Of a DNA stretch of 64,000 nucleotides, positions 41,297-52,193 are shown in pieces; positions within the stretch are counted from its first letter, which is position 1; the number at the start of each line of letters is the position of its first letter. This DNA is from Lepidodermella squamata (taxonomy: Eukaryota > Animalia > Gastrotricha), in NCBI GenBank assembly GCA_047495785.1, contig JBLDXI010000025.1, positions 2,232,001 to 2,296,000 on the forward strand, in the 5' to 3' direction. Under the pieces are notes generated by a model, which did not search any database, had not been told where the DNA came from, and saw nothing but the letters and a program-made list of their open reading frames with translations. A program made the translations under genes and the position numbers.

Positions 41297-41445
41297 AGGA
41301 ACTCTTCCCTTGTGTCTCGGGCAAAACCTCGAATTCAGCCCTTGAAAATACCCTCGGGCTTCGCTTCGCTGCGCTCCGCTACGCCCTCGGGCATTTTCAG
41401 CGGGCAGAATTCTCGGTTCTGCCCTCAACACCGGGAAGAATTCCT
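41297..41445 (-). repeat. Long imperfect hairpin with tandem GA/GA mismatches and three GCGNAGC mini-hairpins
   Basis: Minus strand: aggaattcttccc..gtgtt-GA-gggcagaacc-GA-gaattc..tgaaaatgccc-GA-gggc [GCGTAGC, GCGCAGC, GCGAAGC] gccc-GA-gggtattttca..gaattc-GA-ggttttgccc-GA-gacac..gggaagagttcct. Confidence 0.85.
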
Positions 41446-41781
41446 TAATTCTCGTGCGATTTGAGTCTATCAAAAGCTGAAACAACAGAAAATGCTGTTA
41501 GGATCCCCTCAGAATCCCAGGTAATGCAAGCAAGTCTCTCCGAGTTTAACCGACAAATCTCAGTTCTGCAAAGATATGTGGTAATCATAATGAATGCGAT
41601 GAGAGTGCGTTCAATAAAGTATTTTAAGGACTGTTTATCATCCTCCTTTTTTCATACGTCTGTGGATCAATAATCTGCCACCGCGTGCGTGCGAAAACGG
41701 AGGAATATAATTTCGTATATAAAGCTGTTTGGCGAATGAACTCGCTCACAAGTTATTTTGTTCTCGAACTTGGGACGATTA

Positions 41782-43164
41782 ATGCCTAAACCGCTCCGTT
41801 CTGCTGAAACGATTAGCGGTGTTGTGAAATGTCGCGTTTGTGATCTGGTTGTATCGCGTCGTCCCAAGTACCAACCTTCCTGCTGCGAGGCATGTCAGAA
41901 ATTCTTCAGGCGGAACTGCCATAGAGTCGATGAGCTGAGGTGCAAGCATACCAAAGGGAAGCAAAGCCCAGACCTCACCAGATATCCTGTCTATGTGACT
42001 CGTGGTATGTGCACCAAATGTCGATTCGACAAATGCATTGCAGCTGGAATGACAAGTGAGGATACGGCAGATGATTTCACTTGATGTGAATCATGCATTG
42101 TGCATTTTCTAGGCAAGTTTCTGACCCAGGAGGTTGGCGGATCGAGATCGGGGTCTATATGTGAAAATGAAGAAGAGACCGCACCGTCCGAAGTCAGGAT
42201 GATTTCCCTGCCACTCACACCAGAATCATTTTTTGACAATCCAACGGAAAAGCTTATTAGAACTTCTATTCAGGCTTTCACCGTTCTTCATGGTCTTGAA
42301 TTCGTAAGCTTGGAATAACTAATGAAAAGTTCTGTTATCACTCGAAGCCTGAATTTTAGGGTCCATTGAAAGATAGGTCCGATGCCGCTGAACAGCTCGA
42401 TTTACGTTCTCGCATTGTTCAACGAATGATCTACAACGTTGAACATGTGAAAGCATACCAATTTCAGTTTTTAGGTGAGAAATATCCTTGTCAGTTGTCA
42501 GTAATAATGCTGAAACAATTTTCCGTTACCAGAGGCTTGGGAGGACATCAGCATTGATGACGTTGAGCCGGGACGAGGGTTTGCCTCTGAAAAATTAGTT
42601 CGGTTTACCACAACCTGTCAGGTGGTTCGAAACCATCCTGGTACGGAATGGATGATAACGTGAAGAAGTTGATTTATCAGGAATTTCCCTACTTGACGGT
42701 AAAAAAATATTCTGTGAAGTTTCCATTTTCTTTAGCAATCAATTCCAGAAACTAGAGCCAGAATATTATCTGTTGAAGAAATTTCTTAGCAAGCTTGCTC
42801 CCACTTTCATCGAGGCTGCATTAGTTCTGAGCATATCAATATTTCACGGTATTAAGAAGCCTCGAGCATGCAGCATCACTTAATTTCGAACTTTCCAGAT
42901 GAGACTGGCCAAAACAGGCAAATCCAGCTCTTGCAAAAAAAACTTATCGATGCTCTGCGGGGAGTAATAAGCGATAGATACGGCGATAGCCCTGGCGTGC
43001 TTAACAGCCGCTTGGAGCTTCTTGGCCAAAGCGTTATGACTACTGTTCGGCTGCAAAAACTAGCGCTAACCTTCTTTGAACACGAAGCACATGACGTTGA
43101 GTTTTGCAGTTCAGCTGCTCTGGCTCTCAATATGCATCGTGATTCGATAATGAAAAATTATTGA
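41782..43164 (+). CDS. Divergent nuclear receptor NR-8 (duplicate of NR-4); apparent 1-nt deletion in exon 4
   Basis: Six-exon paralog of NR-4. The A-run at ~42590-42594 is one base short of frame (GAA AAA TTA vs expected GAA AAA ATT AGT): a true frameshift or a homopolymer error. Confidence 0.7.
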
Positions 43165-43690
43165 AGATGTTTTCTGATGAAAAAATAACACATTCTGATC
43201 CGTTTTTTCAAGTAAAATTGTTGACTGTTGGCCCTCATTGAATGACAAATTCATCCTTATTTCAAGAAATGAAACAAGAATCCCGCAAATGTTTTCAGTT
43301 TACAGCCGAGGATAACGGCACAACTAGCAATGTATTATGGATAAGAAATCTCCTCCCATAGCTAGACATTTCTTTTCAGTATGTTGCGCTAACCTTGATT
43401 ATGACGATTTTCAAGTTCGACAAAAGCGAAGGCGACGTCCGCGCTAGGTACTTCGAAGCAGACATCTACAAGCGTGCATTTACAGGCCTCATGTTGTTTA
43501 TTTTCACCGCCTAGTCGATACTAATCTGTAAGTAATGTGAGTGCGTAGCGTAATTACCCAGAACTGGAACTAGGGTCAGAACGTTTTTGATAGTTATATG
43601 GGTCACCTACCTGTCATTTTTACTTACGTTCAGGGTGCCTGGATATAGGTGATCAGGGTGATCCTGGAGCTGCCAGCTGCCTGGGATTTT

Positions 43691-43846
43691 ATATTTGTAT
43701 GGGTATGACATGAGTAAAACGTTTATATCTGTACGGAGCCGCCCGAGATTTACGAGTCGTGACGAGCCGGAGGCGAGTTACGAAGAGTAAATCGAGTGCG
43801 GCGAGTTCAGATATGAACGATTTACGAATGTTATACCGTAAAATAT
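43691..43846 (+). repeat. Second long imperfect hairpin with five tandem GA/GA mismatches and a c-GGA-g triloop; likely end of a non-autonomous element extending to ~44340
   Basis: Arms pair: catGAgtaaa/tttacGAatg, gGAgccgc/gcggcGAg, cGAgattt/aaatcGAg, tacGAgtcgt/acgaaGAgta, gacGAgcc/ggcGAgtt; loop at 43769-43771. Not seen in the homologous NR-4/NR-5 interval. Confidence 0.75.
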
Positions 43847-44973
43847 CGAATTGTCATAGCGACTCGACCTATATTTTTGGCGACAATTCTATATTTATGG
43901 GGACAATTCTATATTTGCCAGAATTATAAGTACTTTCAACAGAAAATCAAGCAAAGGTGAAGAAATTGTGATTTGCTTGAGATTCCCCCACTAAATCACG
44001 CTCCGAACCCTCTGAAAATATACGGAACAGTGGGCTGAATTTTCATTTTCTTGTCTCGTCTAGCCCTCCCCCTTCCCACTCCTTCCTTGGAGAATTTCTT
44101 GGAGAATTCACAATTCACTGCATTACGACTTAAGTTCAGTTTCACGATATAGTATCGAGTTTCACGAAATGCGTAGTACAACCTGCTCATTTTTTAAATC
44201 TGTCCGCGACTCGATTTACAGCTTAGCAATTAGCTCGCCAGGGTGTTAGCTACATATTTCATTACATCGCTACGTATGTCGTAAAAGCTAGGATAACATT
44301 TTTGCATGTCATAGATGTACATAGATGTAATGATGTAATGATAAATCATGGAGGCATTCGATTATTTAAGACAGCAGACAATTCATTCTGCTTTACCGTC
44401 ATTCATTATTAATTCCTGCACTCAGTACATATAATACAGAGTCACTTCTGCGTCTGTTTTGAGCCTAACAGGTACATCTATGGGATAATACTTCAAGTTC
44501 AGATATGTCGGGGAATACGTTTTCTAGCGTGGGAATTAAAAGACAAAACCAGACATTTCCTGTTAACCTGTTATCCGCCGGACTTAGTTTTTAAAATGTA
44601 CTAATAGCGTGGACCGCGGGCCGCCGTTTGATGAATCAAAGAGCTGTTTCATTGGAGCTAACTCCATATAAATATGCATTCTACTATAATGCATTTTGTA
44701 TTGCATACCTAAATTGATGGTCGGTAAGTTCATAGCGAGAATCGCGAAAAACAACCTCGAGAAGCTACCTTAAGAGCCAAATCAGCAACCACACCGTTTT
44801 TCCAACCCGAAACTTCCAACGACTTTAAACACCGTGGCTAATGACTCAAGAAGTTACCGCTTCTTTTGATATTAGTTATTAGTGTGTAAGCTTTGAGAAA
44901 AAATTGAGAATGAAATACTTGAGATCCGACTTTACCGACAAATCTTGCTGTTCATGTCATTAAACAGCTGATT

Positions 44974-46392
44974 TTATTGAGGGATATAACTGACGCGTTT
45001 GTATTTCAGAACTGATATTGGGTCGGATATTATGTTATCGGGTCCAAATTCACAAGGGATACATTCGCTTTTTATCATGTCGCCTGCTATTGCAGGAGAT
45101 TCAGCTAAATTCATCGTCTCGGTGAAAGCCTTGTACAAAGGTGACGGATCATTATTCATAGCCATTTCACTCATCGAAATTCTTTGAGCGTCCAATACGG
45201 CTCGAGTGCAATCGCGAAATTTCAGCAGTCTAGCCTTAACAATAGATTTATCTCCGCTGGCAGCAAGTATCATTTCAGACTGCAATGCAGATAACATTCG
45301 CCGTTGAAATTGCACGACACGAGGATTTTTACCAGAAATATCTATAAAGAAAACCATATAATTCGAGATTGTGTTCCAAAGGATCCCTACCATAAAAAAT
45401 CAAAACACTCAGCAGGAACGCAGCCTCCAGGAATGTCGGGCTGAAATCTTCCAGTTGTTGCTTCAGATGGTTGATTTTCGGCATCATCCTCTGTGAAACA
45501 GGTTGTTCACTATTATTGCTGCAAAAAGGCAATTATACCGTTATTAGCCGCGGATGGATATCGCGCATTAGAGGCACGGCCTCATCCGGCATTCCCAGCC
45601 ACGACGGGTTCGCTGAGCTTGGCAAATTGTGGTAAATTGCAACCATGTGAATTATTGACGAAGCTCGCAACTCGCGGAAGTCTTCTTCTATAAGTTCGGG
45701 CGCAAGATCTGTGAAATCAAATAACGAAAATCTCCGTAAATAACTCCTCGACACTGGTTTTACTCACCTCTAAAACAGAAGCCGTAGGTGTTCAAGAGAT
45801 TTGCACAATAAGCAGTGTGGTAGTATAGTCGTTCTTTCAACTGTATCACATCGCGTATTGGGGATGCCCTAAAAGGGCCCTTCAGTGAATTGAATTACAT
45901 ATGAGATTTAAAATAAATACAAGCGTATTACGAATTCAAGATCATGGAGAACAGTGAAAGCCCGAAGCGATCGCATCGAAATTATTGAATTCGGTTCTTC
46001 AATAACCATCTCAGGAGTCTTACTCAGAACTAGAGACGATCCGGGCTCGGATTTTTGGAAAGCAATCACTTGATTGATGCGTGAGACCTTCGCTTCATCA
46101 CATAAATATTTGCCTGTGAACAATTTGATTTGTTTCTAAAAGTTAAGGTGATTCAAAACAAACTTTGCATTCCCGTCGCCAAACAACGATCGAAACGGCA
46201 TTTCGCACACATTTTACGCGCGACGTAGATAGTGGCAACCGATTGGTGTGCTGATCGAGCGTTATGGCGACATTTCAGCTTATTATAACTTTGGCAATTT
46301 CGTCGGAAAAATTTCTGGCAGGCCTCGCAGGTTCGCGGCTGATACTTTTCACGCGGTACTACGAAGCAATCGCACACAGGGCATTTAGTCAT
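44974..46392 (-). CDS. Divergent nuclear receptor NR-9 (duplicate of NR-5, intact)
   Basis: ATG at 46392; DBD CEACQKFFRR; six exons in frame. Confidence 0.85.
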
Positions 46393-47034
46393 AGTTTATC
46401 AATTTGAAAATATTGACAGATATAGCTTGTGAAAAAATATTAGTGTGCGCGCTCGCAAACGTGCGCGAGAAGTGTAGTTTCACGTCCGAGTGCTCACAAA
46501 TTTTATTGATTTATACACGTCCGGCCTCTTTTATTCTAGACGTTCATAGTAGGAGGATATTTTGATCTTTTGACAGCGCCTAACGTTTTAGGAGCTGACT
46601 AAAGAAATCGATTTAGGCTTTGCGATGAATGATACGAAGAATAATCATCCATCCGCAGTGAGGGAAAAGTTGGATCGAAAAGAAAATGGAAGATTCACCA
46701 AATATAAATTTTGAATTATCGCCGTTGATTCCAAAATGACGAATAAGTTCAATGGCTTTTCGAGTTAAGGTACGCGTGTAACCGAAGGCGTAATTTTAGA
46801 CGACAATTTATTATTCAACGAAGTATTATCTTGAAGCTAGAAGTGAACAGTTAAACAGTGAAATCACGTCTATTTGGGATGAAGTGTAATTTTCCTGAAA
46901 TTTTTAAACAAGTTTCGATTCAGTGTTTGCAACTTTCCGTGCAACAGAAAGCGATAATCGGAAATATATTTCGGCTAGCGAAAAAAAGAATTAATAGTTT
47001 CACTGTTTTTCCAGAACTGCCGTCGTTTCTTCTC

Positions 47035-47841
47035 TCAGTATTCGCCGCGACGGTCATGGTGGTTCCAATGTACTTCCTCGCGGTGAGGACCACGACGGCT
47101 GTCGCGATGGTCATTGCGAGCCTTCCCGTGCGATTCACCATGTTTCCGACCCCTGCGGTGGTCTTTGCTTATCTTTCCGCCATGTGTTTCTTCGCTCGAA
47201 TCTTCATCGCGGTTGTGGCCCCTCTTGCCCCCGAAACCACCGCGATGGCCTCTGAATCGGCTGAAACCGCTGAATGGACCATGGTGGCCTGCAAATCGGC
47301 CCATTTCTCCGAATCGGCTCAATTTTTCGAATTCACCACGACGACCGCCAAGGTGACCTGAGAACTTTTCGAAGCCACGTTGCTCTTCATCGCTGCCGCT
47401 TGAATCTTTATCGTGTTCGTGATGTCTCTTGCCACCGAATCTACCGTGACGTCTGGAACCTTCCAAACCGTGGTTTTTACCGCCGAATCTTCCGTGGGGT
47501 CGCATAGCTCCAAACTCTCCGTTATTTCCGCGGATTCGGCTCATTTCTCCGAAGCCACCATGACGGCCACCAAGGTGTCCACGGAACTTGCTGATACCAC
47601 GAGAACGACCATGTTCCTCTTCGTCACTGTCGCTGCTGTCACTGCTACCGCTGTCATCGTCATCAAATTTGCCGCCATGTCGGCCGCCGAATCCCTTTCG
47701 GCCAAATTTGCCCATCAGACCACCGCGTCCAACCTCCTCCTTTCCTTTGCGGTCGTCGCCTCCGAAGGGCGGACGATGGGGCTCGGCCATGGTGACTGCG
47801 ACGAGAGCAGCTAGAAGAGCTACTAATACAAAGTTACGCAT
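47035..47841 (-). CDS. Secreted Gly/Arg/Phe/His-rich low-complexity protein GR1, 268 aa, intronless
   Basis: Signal peptide MRNFVLVALLAALVAVTMA|EP; GGRHGGFGEM-type repeats alternating with D/S/E blocks; TATAAAA at 47925-47919; AATAAA at 46812-46807. Confidence 0.85.
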   Translation of the reverse strand: MRNFVLVALLAALVAVTMAEPHRPPFGGDDRKGKEEVGRGGLMGKFGRKGFGGRHGGKFDDDDSGSSDSSDSDEEEHGRSRGISKFRGHLGGRHGGFGEMSRIRGNNGEFGAMRPHGRFGGKNHGLEGSRRHGRFGGKRHHEHDKDSSGSDEEQRGFEKFSGHLGGRRGEFEKLSRFGEMGRFAGHHGPFSGFSRFRGHRGGFGGKRGHNRDEDSSEETHGGKISKDHRRGRKHGESHGKARNDHRDSRRGPHREEVHWNHHDRRGEY

Positions 47842-47918
47842 GTTGAAATATTCAACCTGTTCTGTTACTAAAGGTTTGCTCGCTTTGAAATGATTGAAAC
47901 CTGCTGCATGAGAGGGGC

Positions 47919-47950
47919 TTTTATAGCCAAAATACCACAGGTCAAAATTG
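47919..47950 (-). promoter_or_regulatory. TATA box with adjacent conserved RGGTCAAA(A)TT motif (GR1 promoter; same at 57674-57702 and 60947-60972)
   Basis: Motif pair at the same position upstream of all three GR genes while flanks diverge. Confidence 0.6.
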
Positions 47951-48852
47951 CTGGTGGCAAAACTCGCTTGTATTCATAACTGGGGCATATTTTTTAACGA
48001 AGGAGTAGCTGGGACCACAGTGGATAGAACCCATCAAGGCAAACTCGTTGCTATCATTGTGCCATTATCCTTCATTCAATTGATTTATTTCATGAAGTTT
48101 TCGTTGATTTGAGGAGCGTGAACGTTTTCGGTGGCTACGGCGTCGTGTCATCTCATCACCACCAATTTGACATCAATAATTTTTTCCTTGATTACCGGTT
48201 TTTCCATTACGTTGATGAGTTTCCACGTGATGTTTTTTTGCGTCTTTCATGAAAAAAGTTAGTAAGGGAAAGCGTCTTTCTGGCCTGAGGGCAACCACGA
48301 GAGCACGACTACTCTCACTCACATCTCTCAGTTCTAGCCACCGACCACGCAAACACTACGAGGCCACGATTGCAGTGTAGGCATGAAAAAGTGACTCCTT
48401 ATGGCTGATTTGTAGCATCAAGAGGCGAGAATAGAAGTTACACATCGAGAGATTATTACCGGCGAATCAATTATCAGCGTCACTTACCACGGCGGTTCGT
48501 GATCTTCGCCGGAATGACAGAATGATCGGGGAACCTTCAATTTTGATTATCTGATCCTATTACAGCCACTAAGGCGCGGACGTGTTTCTTGAAAGTTTCG
48601 CAAATGAAATTCTGATTAAATATTCAACAGCTAAACCTAATTAACGCCATGACGTGTGAAAGTTCTTAATCTGATGACTGTTTTCCGGAATAGAAGTAGC
48701 ATGCAAGCATATCATTGATCTCGCGAATTGACGGACTTGAAACTATGTACTCCGCATATTTACTTGTTATACGCTCGACACTCGAGGGCGGGGTAGAGCA
48801 ATGTAATCGGATATTTTTTATTTCAGATTTAATATCTTCAGATCGACAAACT

Positions 48853-50172
48853 ATGACTAAATGCCCTGTATGTGATTGCTTCGTGGTACCGCGTGAGAAA
48901 TATCAACCGCGAACCTGCGATGCCTGCCAGAAATTTTTCCGACGGAATTGCCAACGCTACAGCAAGCTAAAATGTCGCCATCATGACAGACCATCATACC
49001 AATCGGTTGCTACCATCTACGTCGCCCGAAAAATGTGTGGTAAATGCCGCTTCGACCGCTGTTTGGCAACAGGAATGCAAAGTTTGTTATGGGTTATCTC
49101 AATCAAAGAAGCAATTAATTCAAACTTAAATTAGGCAAGTTTTTATGCGATGATGCGAAAATCGCTCGCAACAGACACGCAAAGGCTTTATATTTATGCG
49201 ACCCTGAACCGACACCAATTCTGAGTAAGACTCCCGAAATGGTTGTTGATGACCCGAATACGAAAATTGCGATGAGGTCACTTCGAGCTTTCACCGTTCT
49301 CCATGGTCTTGAATCCGTAAGTATCTTGTTTCCTATCTTTGAGGTAATTCCACGTATGAGTTCTTCAAAGGCCCCTATGAAGAATTCATCCGCACTCGAT
49401 ACGCTACAACTACGGGAGAGTCTACTCCAACAAACTGCTTACGCTACTGAACTTTTGAACACTTACGGCTTTTGCTTCCTCGGTGAGTTCCTTTATGATC
49501 GAAGTAAACATGGAAGATGTTACGATCTTTTTATTGATCCAGATCTTGCTCCATGCATTACAGAGCAGGACTTTTGCGATCTGCGAGCTTCATCAATAAT
49601 GCACATGGTAGCAGTTTATCACAATTTGCCAAGTTCAGCGAGCCCCTCATTGCTTGGAATCCCCGATCAGGTCGTGCCGTTATTTGACCGCTTGTTTCCG
49701 CAGTTAGTGGCGGTAATGATTTTTTGAGCGCTGGAAGAATTCGTTTAATGATCGTCCACACAGAAAGCGATGCCAAAAATAAACAATTTGAAGATGCAAC
49801 TGGACAAGTTCAACCCAACTTTCTTGGAAGCGTCGCTCATGCTGAGTGTTTTAATTTTTCACGGTAAGACCCTGACGTACTTAAACCGTGCAGGATGATA
49901 ATATAAGGTTTTCTATAGATTTTTCGGGCAAGAATGCCCCTATCATGGAACTTCAACGGCAACTTTTTTCTGCTATGCGTACTGAAATGCTGCATGCTGC
50001 CAGAGGGGATAAATCCTCAGTCGACGCTAGGCTGCTAATGTTTCGCCAGTGTGTCCAAGCTGTTATTGATTTTCAAAAGCGTACGCTGAGTGAACTGAAG
50101 CTAATAGCCCTGGAAGATGCGTCACCTCAATTCAAGATGTTCACCAATATTCTTAATTTAGGTGAATCTTAG
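48853..50172 (+). CDS. Divergent nuclear receptor NR-10 (paralog of NR-6)
   Basis: ATG at 48853; DBD CDACQKFFRR; six exons in frame. Confidence 0.85.
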
Positions 50173-50510
50173 CGGAATGAACTGAATTCCAGTAACCATT
50201 AATATCCAGTTAACATCAAAACTATAATTCAATCGTGCCGCTCTAATTCTCCTTTGATTTAATATCTCTGAATGTGCTGCTACAGGACTATTATGATACT
50301 TATATCATTTATTATCAATGCCACATTTAGCTAGTACAGTGAAAATCTAAAGTTACGCACGGTCAGGAATTTGTTGAGCTGAAACTAAAAATATCTCACA
50401 CGCGCCCGAACTATTCTTAGCTTCAAGCTTACTTTTAGCCAGAGTGAGGCAATGGGTTAAAATCAGCTGAAAATAAAAAGTGTAACTCGGTCTGACTAAG
50501 AAGTTTTAAC

Positions 50511-50730
50511 AGCTTTAAAAATATGAATATTCATAAGGTGCTAATTAATATTTCGAATATACCTCAAAGTTGATAATTAGGTATGTCAAAAGATTCCGGA
50601 AAATTTATTGTTGATTTGTTGTAAGTTGTAACCTCATTTCAACTGCTCAAATTTTTCTGCGTTTTTTGACACTTAACTAACAATGTCCTAGTTTCATGAC
50701 ACCTCACGAATATATTCATATTCTTGAAAC
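50511..50730. repeat. Degenerate foldback (palindromic MITE-like) repeat
   Basis: aatatgaatattcataaggtg..tgtcaaaagattccggaaaattt mirrored by aaatttttctgcgttttttgaca..cacctcacgaatatattcatatt. Confidence 0.45.
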
Positions 50731-51242
50731 TACATATCCTACTTTCACTGTAGCTATTTTTGGAGCTCGTGAAAAAGGCTTGTGAAATCAGACTTCAAAA
50801 GACTCATGTCATGTTCCACCAACTTCGGAATTACATGAACAAAACCTATTTAGAGACATCGTCTTTCTGGCCGGAGGGGAACTACGAAAGCGCGAATTAT
50901 GTTCACTCTCAGGTTTTTCGAACAGCTCACGCGATGAGTAAGAAACGCACAATTTTTCATGGAAATCGAACCACACAAACCCAGACGATCATACCATGAG
51001 GCCTAGTGTAGAGATTGGGCAGGAAAACGTCCCCTTGTCATTCTGATTTGTGGCTTGGAGTGGCAAGAACAGAATATTAGGTATCTAGGGATCATAAGCA
51101 AATCGGACATCTGCGTCAGAAAATCAGGTAGCAGAAGTAAACTTACCCTGGCAATTCTATCTTCGCCGGAATGAAATATGCCAGTCATGATTTTAAAGAC
51201 CAAATCGTTGGCGCGGACGATTAAGCCGGATTTGGGATTTTT

Positions 51243-51349
51243 CATGTCAGTTTTGAGGTAAAATTTTTAGTTAAGTCAATTATAATAATGAATTTTTTTC
51301 GTATTTTAATTCACTTCTTACCTTATAGTATTACCCTAAAACTGACATG
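51243..51349. mobile_element. Small MITE-like element
   Basis: TIR CATGTCAGTTTTGAGGTAA / TTACCCTAAAACTGACATG (2 mismatches) around an AT-rich core. Confidence 0.6.
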
Positions 51350-51456
51350 GGCAGGCTCTAATTCCTCTCCGCTAACGATGGCACGCCACTTGGCTATGTT
51401 TTGAACAACTTTGGGCTAAATCAGCGGGTATTTTCAGATTTGTTGGCAAGAAAATC

Positions 51457-51597
51457 CAATTTGATGGCGAAAGTACCCAAATTGATGGTGACATTGGTTT
51501 CGTTGGTAAAAGCCCAAATTTGATGGTGAAAGTCCCATTTTTGATGGTGAAATTTGAATTTTCCGGTTTGATGGTGAAAGTCCCGAAATTGATGGCA
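51457..51597. repeat. Minisatellite, ~21-bp unit AAATTTGATGGTGAAAGTCCC, 6-7 degenerate copies
   Basis: TTGATGGTGA core recurs throughout the interval. Confidence 0.8.
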
Positions 51598-52193
51598 GAA
51601 AGCATTTTCCCCTTTGAAATTTGTTTTGATTAATTTCAACTTTCAATCAAAGCGAAATCCATGGTGTGTGAATGTTCTGCCAGTGGGTTTAAATCATTGC
51701 CTGAGACCAGGCTGTGGATGTTTCACAATTTTTTTCAAGCTGCTTTCGATGCGGAATGGACGAAGGGTGACGGAATGGTATCTGGAACGTTGTCCAATGT
51801 CAATTCATCGTCCAACATCATTCATTCTAGCTTCGATTTTCTCTACAAAATTTGCTGCTGCAGGATTATGATACTTATTACTTATTGTAAATGACACATG
51901 CAGCTAATACATGGGTAAAAAGTAAAAACTAATTATCTGGCTACAATTAGTTCAATTCACTGTGTGCTAAAAAACTCAGTTATCGAGCATGGAATAAACT
52001 TTGGCCACCGCCCCAATGTCTAATATTAAAGACGCACACTTGCATGCCCGGGAGAGATAACAAAAAGAAAGCAGCACTCTTCGGGGTTATCAAATCCAGC
52101 CGGCACCACCGTTAGAGCAAACATCGGAAACAGGTATATAACCCCAATTTAGGTGACCCCACCCTCATTCTACAAAGTTCTTCGTTAGAAAAA

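Larger units (their letters stand above)
39330..41450 (-). mobile_element. Crypton-type tyrosine-recombinase transposon (boundaries approximate)
   Basis: Single YR gene, no RT or DDE transposase; absent from the homologous NR-3/NR-4 interval; 22-bp inverted repeat at 39330-39351 / 41274-41295; terminal hairpin at 41297-41445. Confidence 0.8.

Noticed and set aside
51457-51597. Repeat resembling a CRISPR array
   Set aside because: Units are adjacent and degenerate without unique spacers; eukaryotic context and no cas genes.
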